Part shown: one piece after another, positions 26,710-39,878 of the stretch
Position numbering within the stretch: the first letter of the stretch is position 1
How the letters are laid out: the number at the start of each line of letters is the position of its first letter
NCBI GenBank assembly: GCA_951406725.2
Contig: OX597814.1
Span: forward strand, 5,766,001 to 5,830,000
Length of the DNA: 64,000 nt
Source: Octopus vulgaris
Taxonomy: Eukaryota
Direction of reading: 5' to 3'
Notes under the pieces: model-generated
Databases searched by the model: none
Told to the model about the DNA's origin: nothing
The model's input: the letters and a program-made list of their open reading frames with translations, nothing else
Made by a program: the position numbers and the translations under genes

Positions 26710-28130
26710 AATAATCATCATCATCATCGTTTAATGTCTGCTTTCTATGCTGGCATGGGTTGGACAGTTTGACTGACGACTTGTGAGCCAGAAGGCTGCA
26801 CCAGGCTCCAGTCTGATCTGGCAAAGTTTCTACAGCTGGATGCCTTTCCTAACGCCAACCACTCCGAGAGTGTAGTGGGTGCTTTTTACATGCCACCGGC
26901 ACAAGAGCCAGTCTGGCGGTACTGGCAACAGCCACGCTCGAAAATGGTGTTTTTTACGTGTCGCCTGCATAGGAGTCAGTCCAGCGGCACTGGCAACAAC
27001 CTCGCTCGAATGTTTTTTCACATGCCACCGGCACATGTGCTGGTAAAGATAATAGTAATAATAATAATGATGTCTACATGGTGTCCAGACATGAAAATTG
27101 AGTTTTTCAATCTGGAACACAAAATCCTTTGCAAAAGAAAATATCTTTGGTCAGTGTTGTTGGCCACCATATATTAGTGTAACTTTAAGGGAAAGTTTTG
27201 TTTTGTAAAATCAATTATTCTAACAAGGAAGCCTTTCTAATTAAAAGTACACAAATACTGCTGCCTGACTGGCTCCCTGTGCCGCTGACATGTAAAAGGC
27301 ACCATCCGAACATGGTCGATGCCAGCCCCTTCACCCGGACTGGCTACTGTGCTGGTGGCATGTAAAAAACACCATCCGAACGTGGCTGATGCCAGTGTCA
27401 CCTGACTGGCTCCCATGCTGGTGACACGTAAAAGGCACCATCTGAACATGGTCGATGTCAGCCCCCTCGCCCTGTCTGGCTCCTGTGCCAGTGACATGTA
27501 AAAAGCACCCATTACACTCTCGGAGTGGTTGGCATTAGGAAGGGCGTCCAGCTGTAGAAACACTGCCAGATCAGATTATAGCCTGATGCAGCCTCCTGGC
27601 TTGCCAGTCCACAGTCAAAACCGTCCGACTCATGCCAGCTTGGAAAACAGATGTTAAACGATGATAAGACAGAAGAATGTTAATGAGGGACTACATACAT
27701 GTTAATGAGAGACCGTATTCACATTATGATGATGATGATGATTATTATTATTATTATTATTATTATAAGACAGCATATACACCAATATAAGAATGCTATT
27801 TTGAGATTATTGGTCTCATTGACTGCAAAAGTATTATTCTACATTATAATTTGGTACAAAACAATTTGGCCAAAAAGAAATTATTTAATAATTTTATTTA
27901 TGGATAAATAATAATAATAATAATAATAATAATAACCATCATCATCATCATCATCATCATTTAACGTCCGCTTTCCATGCTAGCATGGGTTGGACGGTTC
28001 AACTGGGGTCTGGGGAGCCCGAAGGCTGCACCAGGCCAGTCAGATCTGGCAGTGTTTCTACAGCTGGATGCCCTTCCTAACGCCAACCACTCCGAGAGTG
28101 TAGTGGGTGATTTTATGTGCCACCGACACA
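26710..28130. mobile_element. Cluster of RTE 3'-UTR-derived repeats in alternating orientation
   Basis: Copies at about 26715-27035 (-), 27260-27665 (+) and 27940-28130 (-) share the GGATGCCCTTCCTAACGCCAACCACTCC motif. Confidence 0.7.
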
Positions 28131-28971
28131 GTAATAGATTTAACAGCAAATTCTTAATTTCCATGGTGTTTTATCAAAAACCGACACAGGTGCCACATAA
28201 CTGGTTTTATGCAGACGACCACGCTCAAATGGTGTCATCATCATTATTGTCGTCGTCGTCATCATCATCAGTTAACATCTACATTTCCCTGATTGCCTGG
28301 GTTGGAGAGAATACATGAGACAGATTTTCTATGTGCCACCGCACAGGTGCCAGACGAACCTTTTTCCGAACAAGCTAATATTTCCTGTAAGACCGACACA
28401 GGTGCCAGACGAGGCTGGAAACAGAGGACACCGCTTGTATGACAGTGTTTCTCATTTACCGACACGTTGCATGGTGTCAAGACAAGCACACACACCACAC
28501 ACACATGTATACATATGTGCCACCGACACACACACACACAGACTTGCAAACATACACACGGATGTATATGTACACACACACAAACCCCGACACATACACA
28601 CAAATGGTGTCTTTTCTGTGCCACCGACTAATTGCCAGACGTTAGGCTGGCCTAAGGCCACGCTCGGATGGTGACACTTGCCACCGACACAGGTGCCAGA
28701 CGCAGAACGAACCTGAAACTCGGATGGGTTGTGCCACCGCACACAGGTGCAGACGAGGCTGGCGAACGGCCACGCTCGGATGGTGTGAAAATGTGCCACC
28801 GACACAGGTGCCAGACGAATTCTAGCAGACGACCACGCATGTGAAATAGCAGCTATTTTCATTAATAATTAATGACTGCCAAACAATGAGCAATATTATG
28901 TCTTAGATAAAATTTCAATCTTTTTGTGAGTAACAAAACATAAATAAAAATATATTTTTGAGCCTTGGATA

Positions 28972-29509
28972 CGAGAGAAGACCCGGCAGGACAAGTGAGT
29001 CCACAACCCGTGGCCTTCTACATGGAGGGAGCCAGCCTACGTATGCACCCACCTTCCCTCAATCTTGGGACACAAAACTCTACTTGTGAAGACGTGTTGA
29101 GGCAAAGTGAGGATCAGAATCGAAATCGATCAATGGAAATTGCAGATGTGTTACCAGTGCCGGTGGCATGTAAGAGAACTTTCCGTTTCGCGACCGTGCC
29201 AGCACCCATTCCGCGTTTCGTGTCCGTTGCCAGCCTCGCCTGGCTCCCGTGCCGGTGGCACATGTAAAAAGCACCATTCGTTCGTGGCCGTTGCCAGCTC
29301 TGTCTGGCACCAGTGCGGGTGGCACGTAAAAAGCACCCACTACACTCACGGAGTGGTTGGCGTTAGGAAGGGCATCCAGCCGTAGAAACACTGCCAGATT
29401 TGACTGGGCCTGATGAAGCCTTCTGGCTTCACAGACCCCAGCAGAACCGTCCAACCCATGCTAGCATGGAAAACGGACGCTAAATGATGATGATGATGAT
29501 GATGATGAT
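28972..29509 (+). mobile_element. RTE LINE 3' end, near-identical inverted copy of about 33101-33727
   Basis: Reverse complement match, including identical spurious ORFs (MDGSAGVCEARRLHQAQSN...). Confidence 0.85.
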
Positions 29510-29515
29510 ATTTAC

Positions 29516-29671
29516 CAGATTTTGCAAACATTTTCCTGATATTGCTAACAGCATTCATATAATCTGTAAAGTAAGGAATTGTATACATCTTGGGTCTGTT
29601 TGGCAGAGCATAAATCATGCTCTCATCAGCCATAAATGGAACCTTTTCAGGAAGAACAGCTGCCAAAATTG
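29516..29671 (-). CDS. At3g12210/zgc:112496-like gene, internal exon (AILAAVLPEKVPFMADESM...YT..Y)
   Basis: ttttaag|CAATT acceptor, ATCTG|gtaaat donor, 156 nt, phase 1/1; family motif PFMADE. Confidence 0.8.
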
Positions 29672-31742
29672 CTTAAAATAAAACAAAAAAAAAGGTTTAA
29701 AATTTTTTTCAAAAAACCAGTAATAATTTAACAGCAAATTCTTAACAATTTCCATTATTTATCAAAAAGAAAAAGAGTTCATTATAACTGGTTTTATGCA
29801 AAAATCAAATTGTCATCATCATTATTGTCGTCGTCGTCATCATCATCAGTTAACATCTACATTTCCCTGATTGCCTGGGTTGGAGAGAATACAGCGAGAC
29901 AGATTTTCTATGGCAGTGCGCTCTTCCTGCCAGTTACCCTCACCTTTTTCCGAACAAGCTAATATTTCCTCTAAGACCACATGTAATTCCATGGGAGATT
30001 GGAAACAGAGGACACCGCTTGTATGACAGTGATTCTCATTTACAGTCATTGCATGGTGTCAAGACAAGCACACACACACACACACATGTATACATATGTG
30101 CACACACACACACACACACACAGACTTGCAAACATACACACATGTATATATACACACATACAACCCCCCCACACATACACACAAATGCTTCTTTTACTCT
30201 CTGGCCACTAATTCCATTTGTAAGGCTTATGGCCTAAGGCTATAGAAGAAGACACTTGCCCAAGGTGCCAAACAGCAGAACTGAACCTGAAACCATGCGG
30301 TAGGTAAGCAAAGCTGCAACTATTGAGAAATGGGTGTGAAAAATAATCTACCACTGGAAACAATTCTTGTTAGTAGCCATTCATGTGAAATAGCAGCTAT
30401 TTTCAGCAATATTAATGAAGTTAAACAATGAGCAATATTATGTCTAAGATAGAAATTTCAATCTTTTTGTGAGTAACAAAACATAACCCAACAATTTGTT
30501 GTTCACCTGAGCCTTGGATACAATAATGAAGAAATTTGGTTTCCCAGACAAGTTCATAAAGATGATGCATCGATTTCGTGATACCAAGATTATGTCTTGA
30601 ATAATGGAGAATTCTTGGCATGTTTCACTGTAAACAATGCTGTCGAGCACCCACAGTCTTCACCTCAATGTTTAGGACAACGCTTCATGATGCATTCTCC
30701 CATGAAACATCTGGCATCCAGATCAGGTACAGATTTGATGGGGGTCATCCTCTCCAAGTGGTAGAGAGATTCAGTTTATTAAAGACATACCAAAAAGCTT
30801 TACCACTTCCACTTAACATGCTTACAAAAAGTTCCTAACATAAGGAGCCATGATAAAACTCTCAATGCAACTGTGCTCTGGAGAACTAATATGTCAAACA
30901 TGTGAGATGATGATCACTATTCACGCGTTGGTCGTTGCCAGTGCTGCCTAACTGGCTCCCAGTGCTGGTGACATGTAAAAAGCACCATCCAAACGTGGCT
31001 GATGCCAGCCCAACTCCTGTGCAGGTGGTACATAAAAAGCACCCACTACACTCTCGGAGTGGTTGGTGTTAGGAAGGGAATCCAGCTGTAGAAACACTGT
31101 CAGATCAGATTGGAGCCTGGTGTGGCTTCCTGGCTTGCCAGACCCTAATCAAACCATCCAACCCAAGCCAGCATGGAAAACGGACAATTAACGATAATGA
31201 TGTATGCTTTCCTGAGCAAATTCCAGCTGCAGTAGAATGGATATGTTGGTGCGCAAGATTGATTTTAAGCTCTCCGAGTAAATCTTCTTTGGTGAACAAA
31301 CAGTTGGCTTTTGGTGATGCTGTGGACCAACAAAGAAATACAAAGACACATTCAGGGGAACCTTGGAAAAAGTGCAGCTTCGACCAGTCTAATTGGGAAC
31401 ATCTTGCTTAGGATTGCTCACTGTGGAAAAGGGTTGTGTACGCTGGAGTACAGTACTGCAAATCTGATATGACTAGAGATGCTAAAGAGGGGAGAGCAGC
31501 AGGGGAAGCAAGAGTCCCACCGGGTCCTGATTCGGTTGTTATGGGCCTCCATTGTAACCAGGGATCCCATGCCAAAATTGGCCTAAAATGTCACCTCAGG
31601 ACCCAGAAAGTATGAAGCTAATAACCCAGTCATCTAAATACTATCAATATCTCAATGGCACCACAAATACATTACATCTGAACAATTTTTAGCAAAGGTT
31701 GAAGATCCAAAGAAGAGAATAACACCTCGTTGGCCCAGAACT

Positions 31743-31985
31743 ATTGGGTTGGTGCATAATTATTGCGGATTTTTATTGATAAATTTTATTCAACAAAAAC
31801 AATAACAACATTTAACAAAAACATCTTAAAATGATTATTCTGACCATCTGCCAAGCAAATGGCAAGCAGTAATTGAAGTAGATGGTGAATATGCTCCAGA
31901 ATAATCATTTAAAGATGTTTTTGTTAGGTGTTGTTATCGTTTTTGCTGAAAATAAAAGGTCCACAATAATTATGAACCAACCTTT
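31743..31985. mobile_element. Mariner-like MITE
   Basis: TTGGGTTGGTGCATAATTATTGCGG ... CCACAATAATTATGAACCAACC inverted termini and palindromic interior. Confidence 0.65.
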
Positions 31986-33100
31986 TACAAAGACAAAACT
32001 GTCTTCTCTCTTCCTCATCTTCTATCAATACTTAAATTGTTCTTTACTCTTTTCACTAGACTCCCTCACCATTCAATCGCCCTCACTGGAACCCTAACCA
32101 CACCAACCCTCAGCAATTTTCTGCCCAAACATGTAAATCGCATCCATTTTATTCATTTCTTTTGACTGCTGAATGGTAGCCCTTGTTATATTGCACTGGA
32201 GCGCAATAAGTTGAGTTGTGTTGAAAACCATACAATCATGAAAAGAAATGTTGTCCTGTAGGAACCAACAGGTTGTCTTCCTCTCTTTCGTCAAAAGCTT
32301 TGAGTAATACATCTCTGAATCTCTGTCCATTCGTAGGATCTTTAAGCTTCCAGAGTCTTCTCCTCCATGCTGGTCGTCTTCTGGGCATCCATTTAGCCCT
32401 GATCCTGAAGTTGCTAACTACCAATCTATGTTGTGGGGTGCATTCTTCACCTAGGATGGTTTTAGCATTTATAAGCAGCCATCTTTCCTGTTTTCTGGTG
32501 AGGATGTAGTCAATCTGACTAGTGTGTCTGCCAGATCGGTAGGTGACTAGGTGGCATGGTAACCGGTTATAAAGAAGTTCAATGTACAGTGTCCATGTAA
32601 CTGAATACAATTGTATATTTATAATGCTGTGCATACATATCAATGGAAACATGTATGCATAATTTCTTCCATACTGAAATTAATGCTACATGAAGAAGGC
32701 TGTGAAACAGCTGTAAGGCTATGGAATTTTCTGTCAGTCAAATTCACAAACAAATTTTCAATGCTTTGACCAGTTTGAAGCTAGAGTGGAAAACACTTGT
32801 CCCAAGGTACTGTCTAGTAGGACTGAACCTGGAACCATGTGGTTGAAAAGTGAATTTCTTAATCACACAGTAATACTCACACATGTTAGTAATCAAAGAT
32901 TTTGTTTAACCCAAAGCCAACTTTGACCACACAAACCTATGATCAAAGACATTCTGTATATGACCATCTCATTTTAATGTATGCAGAACTACACTAACCA
33001 GTGTGCCTTCTTCATATAGTAGAGTGTGATACAAAGAGGAATGCTTTGGCTGTTACTTCTAGCAAGTGAAGTTAGAGTGTAGAGGCTCCTTAGTTGGCTC

Positions 33101-34884
33101 ATCATCATCATCATCATCATCATCATTTAGCGTCCGTTTTCCATGCTAGCATGGGTTGGACGGTTCTGCTGGGGTCTGTGAAGCCAGAAGGCTTCATCAG
33201 GCCCAGTCAAATCTGGCAGTGTTTCTACGGCTGGATGCCCTTCCTAACGCCAACCACTCCGTGAGTGTAGTGGGTGCTTTTTACGTGCCACCCGCACTGG
33301 TGCCAGACAGAGCTGGCAAACGGCCACGAACGGATGGTGCTTTTTATGTGCCACCGGCACGAGGGCCAGGCGAGGCTGGCAACGGACACGAAACGGGGCG
33401 GTGCTGGCAACGGTCGCGAAACGGAAAGTTCTCTTACATGCCACCGGCACTGGTAACACATCTGCAATTTCCATTGATCGATTTCGATTCTGATCCTCAC
33501 TTGCCTCAATGGGTCTTCACAAGCAGAGTTTCGACATGCCACCGGCACTGGTAGCACATCCGCAATTTCCATTGATCGATTTCGATTCTGATCCTCACTT
33601 GCCTCAACACGTCTTCACAAGTAGAGTTTTGTGTCCCAAGAAGGGAAGGTATGCATACGTAGGCTGGCTCCATCCCATGTAGAAGGCCACGGGTTGTGGA
33701 CTCACTTGTCCTGCCGGGTCTTCTCGTGCACAGCACACTTCCAGAGGTCTCGGTCTCTAGTCATTTCCTCAGTGAGACCTAAAGTTCGAAGGTCGTGCTT
33801 CACCACCTCGTCCCAGGTTTTCCTGGGTCTGCCTCTTCCACAGGTTCCCTCAACCGCTAGGGTGTGGCACTTTTTCACACAACTATCTTCATCCATTCTC
33901 GCCACATGACCATACCAGCGCAAACGTCTCTCTTGCACACCACAACTGATGCTTCTTAGGTCCAGCTTTTCTCTCAAGGTACTTACACTCTGCCGAGTGT
34001 GAGTACTGGCATTACACATCCATCGGAGCATACTGGCTTCATTTCTAGCGAGCTTACGCATATCCTCAGCAGTCACGGCCCATGTTTCACTGCCATGTAG
34101 CATGGCTGTTCGTACACACGCATCATACAGTCTGCCTTTCACTCTGTGCGAAGAGGCCTTTTGTCACCAGCAGAGGTAAGAGCTCTCTGAACTTTGCCCA
34201 AGCTATTCTTACTCTAGCAGTTACACTTTCAGCACACCCGCCCCCGCTGCTGACTTGGTCACCTAGGTAACGGAAACTATCAACTATTTCTAGTTTTTCT
34301 CCCTGGAAAGTGACAGAAGTTGGTCTCAGAGCATTTTCAGTGTTTATTGTTCCTGAGCATCTGCCACATACAAAAACCATCTTCCCAGTTAGCCTTCCTT
34401 TGACATTGCTGCATCTCTTATGTGTCCATAGCTTACACTTGGTGCATCTTATAGAGTTTCTACCTACACCTTTTCTACAGATCGAGCAGGGCCATCTACC
34501 TGAAGGTGTTTGTGATTTGTCAACCTTCCTACTGATTACGACTTTGGTTTTAGCTAGATTGACTCTGAGGCCCTTCGATTCTAATCCTTGTTTCCACACC
34601 TGAAACTTCTCCTCCAGTTCTGATAGCGACTCAGCAATTAGAGCAAGGTCATCAGCATAGAGGAGCTCCCAAGGGCATCCTGTCTTGAATTCCACCGTTA
34701 TTGCCTGGAGGACTATGATAAATAGGAGGGGGCTGAGTACTGAGCCTTGGTGGACCCCTACCTCTACCCGGAATTCTTCACTGTACTCATTTCCAACCCT
34801 CACCCTACTAGCGGCGTCCCTATACATGGCCCGCACAGCTCTCACTAACCATTCATCTATCCCTAGTTTTCTCATTGCCCACAT
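33101..34884 (-). mobile_element. Young 5'-truncated RTE-clade LINE (RT C-terminal half with Cys/His finger insert, 3' UTR, (ATG)n tail)
   Basis: GVHQGSVLSPLLF, LLYADDL and FRYLG motifs, GRGRPRKTW C-terminus; one frameshift near 34140; (CAT)n at 33101-33126. Confidence 0.92.
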
Positions 34885-34919
34885 AAAAACAATTTTTTAA
34901 AACAAATGTAATTTCTTAC

Positions 34920-35013
34920 GGTCAATTTCCATTGCATCAATTTACAAAGTTCGTCATGTTTTATACATTTGGTCTGTCTTTCATTAATGGCAGCAGGCAG
35001 CTCATTTTGGTAC
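34920..35013 (-). CDS. At3g12210/zgc:112496-like gene, exon 2 (YQNELPAAINERQTKCIKHDELCKLMQWKLT)
   Basis: tttctag|GTACC acceptor completes the Trp codon from exon 1; donor TTGACC|gtaaga in phase 0; family motif ELxKLMxWKLT. Confidence 0.8.
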
Positions 35014-35098
35014 CTAGAAAGAGAGTCATAAATGGAAAGAGTAAGAAAAAGAGGGAGAGGGTGGGAGGGACAGAAAGTTACTACCTTTGTCAAAGGTA

Positions 35099-35173
<75 letters not shown>

Positions 35174-35175
<2 letters not shown>

Positions 35176-35342
35176 CGCAGGAGTGGCTGTGTGGTAAGTA
35201 GCTTGCTAACCAACTACATGGTTGCGGGTTCAGTCCCACTGCGTGGCATCTTGGGCAAGTGTCTTCTGCTATAGCCCCGGGCCGACCAATGCCTTGTGAG
35301 TGGATTTGGTAGACGGAAACTGAAAGAAGCCTGTCGTATATA

Positions 35343-35395
<53 letters not shown>

Positions 35396-35990
35396 TTGTG
35401 TGTCTGTGTTTGTCCCCCTAGCATTGCTTGACAACCGATGCTGGTGCGTTTACGTCCCCATTACATAGTGGTTCAGCAAAAGAGACCGATAGAATAAGTA
35501 CTGGGCTTACAAAGAATAAGTCCCAGGGTCGATTTGCTCGACTAAACGCGGTGCTCCAGCATGGCCGCAATCAAATGACTGAAACAAGTAAAAGAGTATA
35601 TATATATATATAGGCACAGGAGTGGTTGTGTGGTAAGTAGCTTGCTTATCAACCACATGGTTCCAGGTTCAGTCCCACTGCATGGCACCTTGGGCAGGTG
35701 TCTTCTACTATAGCCTGAGGCCGGGCAAAGCCTTATGAGTGGATTTGGTAGACGGAAACTGAAAGAAGCCCGTCGTATATATGTATGTATGTATATGTTT
35801 GTCCCCCCCAACATCGCTTGACAACCGATGCTGGTATGTTTACGTCCCCATAACTTAGCAGTTCGGCAAAAGAAACCGATGGAATAAGTTCTGAGTTTAC
35901 AAAGAATAAGTCCTAGGGTTGATTTGCTTGACTAAAGGCGGTGCTCCAGCATGGCCACAGCCAAATGACTGAAACAAAAGAATAAAAGAA
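35174..35990 (+). mobile_element. Two tandem tRNA-derived SINEs
   Basis: A-box TGGCTGTGTGG and B-box GGTTCAGTCCC, internal microsatellite, tail AAACAAGTAAAAGAG. Confidence 0.85.
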
Positions 35991-36386
35991 TATATCATCA
36001 TCATCATCATCATATATATCTATAATATAAATTGGAGATGGGCGATCATTGTATTCTTTCTTGTCTTGAGGTTCACAGCCAAATGGCTGGGTAGATTCAC
36101 GTGAAAAATGGCACACCTGTGGAGACGGGTGGATAGACTAGAAAATTTTATACGATGACCTCACATTTTCTATGTATGTGTGTGCACCTTAAAAGATATC
36201 AATCATCACGACACATACACCTTCACTCACTCTATCTCTCTTTCTCACCCTCTTTCTTTCTCACATACACACGCACAAGCATGCACACACACACGTCCAT
36301 TTCACATACCTTCTTTCAATTTCTGCTCTCTGCAAATAAAATTTTTACAGATACAACTGCTTACAAAAATAGGGATTTATGTATAA

Positions 36387-36774
36387 CTAGCAGTATTGCC
36401 CGGCGTTGCTCGGATTTGTAAGGGAAATAACTATAAAGCATTTTTAGAGAGTTATAGCCAAAAAATGCATTAAAAATGGGAAAAAAATTATGGTATTTTT
36501 TTTTTAAATCGTTGACTCATCATAGACATTTTTAGAGAGTTACTTCCCTTATATAATAGCGAAAAAATGCATTAAAATGGAAAAAAATGATGGTAAATTT
36601 TTTTAATAATCGTAGACTCATCGTAGACGCACGCTAATACCCAGAAGGGCTCGATATGAATCCCGACTATAAGATACCCGGTTTTGGTTACACTGCACCG
36701 CAAAATGTGGGAGTAGTTAGGAATCTAAATCGTAGGAGACAGACAGCACACAACCTCACTTTTATATATAAAGA
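36387..36774 (-). mobile_element. Non-autonomous Helitron
   Basis: TC start, CCGAGCAACGCCGGGCAATACTGCTAG end, A|T insertion site. Confidence 0.78.
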
Positions 36775-38049
36775 TTTCTTTCTATGTTCATAATTAAATC
36801 AATGTTTTAATGATCAGACAGAGGTCCAATAGAATAGCTCTCAGAAACAGACTATGTACAGATTTGTTCTTCACAACTTCTGAAGCTCTTTTCTGACAAG
36901 GGTGGGGGGGAATCAGGAAATTTTCATATAGCTGGAGGCTCCAATTGAAACAGGAGGCCCGAAATGATAAGGTTGACAAACGCAGTTATAGATTATGCCT
37001 AACCGAAAACGATCACAGCCACATCATCCAAACAGACCAGATGAAACTGGGCTGAGCTGCTAGTATATATCATCATCATCATCATCGTTTGACGTCCGCT
37101 TCTCCATGCTAGCATGGGTTGGACGGTTCGACCAGGGATCTGGGAAGCCAGAAGGCTGCACCAGGCTCCAGTCTGATCTGGCAGATCAAGACTGGAGTCT
37201 GGTGCAGCCATCTGGTTTGCCAGACCTCAGTCAAAAGCGGACGTTAAACGATGACGATGATATGAGGGAGACCTAACCTGTGACCTTTACTTGGGATGTA
37301 GCCAGTCCACTTATGCATACCTTTCCTTCTTGGGACACAAAACTCTGCTTGTGAAGACCTGTTGAGGCAAGTGAAATCGAAATCGATCAAAAAAAAAAAA
37401 TCAATGGAAATTGTAGTTGTGATACCAGTGACGGTAAAAGAACTATCCGATCATGGCCATTGCCAACGCCGCCTCGTCTGGCCTCCGTACCAGTGGCACG
37501 TAAAAAGCACCAACCGATCGTGGCCGTTGCCAGCCTTGCCTGTCACCTGTGCTGGTGGCACGTAAAAAGCACACACTACATTCACGAGTGGTTGGCGTTA
37601 GGAAGGGCATCCAGCTGTAGAAACACTGCCAAATCAGACTGGGCCTGGTGCAGCCTCCTGGCTTCCCAGACCCCGGTCGAACCGTCCAACCCATGCTATC
37701 ATGGAAAGCGAACGTTAAACGATGATGATGATGATAGTCATGATATTCTCTTGCAGCCTCACTCAAACTTTCAGTTCTGTTTCCATTCGTTTGTCTCTTT
37801 CTAGCAACCACTGCTCACCCTTATATAATCTGGGGATAGCTACATATCTTCTCTAAATCAAGACATTTGTACATATTCCCCTATCACTTTTAGTCCCTCA
37901 ACACTAGCCTAAAGAATGCCTAAAACCCTTTTTTTTTCGGTTTAGATGCTGGGTATGAGTTGAGGGAAACTTGGCTTCTATTCCTAGCAGGTAGAGTAAC
38001 CAGGTAGAGTAATTCTTTCAGAAATTCAACGACAGTGCAAAGTGGCCTA

Positions 38050-38660
38050 TGTGACGTGGAGCCAGCTTGGTCTACCCCTGCAGATATCCACCTGCCTTTT
38101 CCTTTTATAGATGTCCAGTCCCTCTATAACAAACGAGATGCCATCCAGTGCAGCAAGATCTTCCTTCGATGGGCTCGTGCATCGTCTTGACCAGCAGGTT
38201 TCCGCTTGGCCTCCTAGCTCCCAAGATGGTAGATGGCTCAATGCAGTGCCATCACTCTTGACTGTTCACGAATTGGGGTTTCCTTGACCACTGGCCTCAC
38301 AAATGTTGCTGTGGATTCTCTCAGCCTCCATCCATTGCCGTACCACTATAATTGCTGGCTGGCTGCCCTCCCTATCATGCTGCTCTCAATGAGATCATAA
38401 AGCATGGTCTATACGCTGCAGGGTTCTCTTCCCAGCTCGGGTCAGTGAGGCTGGACAGGTAGGTCTTGCAACACCTCCAGTGGCAAACTGATGGCTTTGC
38501 TGCTCATCACGCCAGTATTCTTGGTCCCTGGACTACGTCCCTTTTCACTACTACCGGGGCTGCGATGGCTATCTGTAAATGCAAGCCTCGTAAGTCGGAG
38601 TGGCCATTCCAGCGCACCTCCCTCAACATCCCCCAGGGAAACCCCTTTTTCCATTTGTTC
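38050..38660 (+). mobile_element. Degenerate CRE-like non-LTR retrotransposon C-terminal fragment
   Basis: WLNAVPS...RIG and PR.SEW.FQR.SLNI.QGN resemble CRE REL-region motifs. Confidence 0.5.
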
Positions 38661-39410
38661 ATCGAGATCATGAGGCAGACTAACAAGTCTTTCTTTTTTT
38701 TTGTTATGGCTGTTGTATTCGTTAAGGGCACACATCTTTTTACAACTATTCTGCATAGTTGAGGAGAGATGGGTGAATTGAGAAGGTTTAGAGAGGAGGG
38801 GAGTAGGGAAGATGAAACAATCATCATAATCATCATCATCATTTAGCGTCCGCTTTCCATGCTAGCATGGGTTGGACGGTTCAACTGGGGTCTGTGAAGC
38901 CAGAAGGCTGCATCAGGCCCAGTCTGATCTGGCAGTGTTTCTACAGCTGGATGCCCTTCCTAACGCCAACCACTCCGTGAGTGTAGTGGGTGCTTTTTAC
39001 GTGCCACCGGCACAGGTGCTAGACGGAGCTGGCAACGGCCACGAACGGATGGTGTTACGTGCCACCGGCACGGGGGCCAGGCGAGGCTGGCAACGGACAC
39101 GAACGGATGGTGCTTTTACGTGCCACCGGCACGGAGGCCAGTCGGGGCGACTCTGGCAACGGCCACGATCGGATGGCAATAAATTTGAGACAATAAATAT
39201 GTTGTTTCATGTATAAAATACAGTAACAAAAGATTTATTAATTGGCGGAGGTAAAGAGTACGAACACCACCCGTTTTCGGCTTAACAAAAACACTAACCC
39301 GAAACCTAAACACCGGGTGTACGTATTCTTTACTTTCGTCTATTAATTATCGGTTTAGTCAAGATAATATAGTTATACTAGTTAACGAGCAGCTGGGATG
39401 AAGGTAGGTT

Positions 39411-39878
39411 GGTACCACTAGCGAACAGTGGTCCCGGTGCGCACACTCGCGCTAGCTAGTCGTAAGTAGTCGATCCTACAACGACTTGCGCGTATGTTTC
39501 TATTTCAAGGCTGAATACATATCAAAGAAAAATAATATTTTTCGGACAAAGTAAATGATTTTTTAAGGAAATAAATGGCGATCCGTCTGTATAAGTACCG
39601 TAAGTACTGGAAGTGGCTTTGTTTACATTTCTGAAGATAACAGAAACCCTATGCTCCCCCCCTTCCATATATATATATATATAAAAAACCCTTTCTCGAA
39701 ATGTATCCGGTACCTATACCGAAGTTACGCCCAAATTATTTATTTTGTTTAACAAAAACTTATTTATTTTGTGGGCACTGTGTTTTATTTACTTTGCTAG
39801 GTAGTCGTTGTAGGATCGACTAGTCACGACTAGCTAGCGCGGATGCGCGCACCGGGACCACTGTTCGCTAGTAGTACC
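39411..39878. mobile_element. MITE with about 75-bp TIRs starting GGTAC (Merlin-like)
   Basis: GGTACCACTAGCGAACAGTGGTCCCGGTGCGC... and its reverse complement ending at 39878. Confidence 0.75.

Noticed and set aside
29408-29435. CTGATGA plus hairpin in the RTE 3' UTR as a hammerhead
   Set aside because: No GAAA after stem II and no stem I/III closure.
35174-35250. tRNA gene-like A/B boxes (also about 57375-57445)
   Set aside because: SINE heads continuing into repeated bodies; no convincing cloverleaf.
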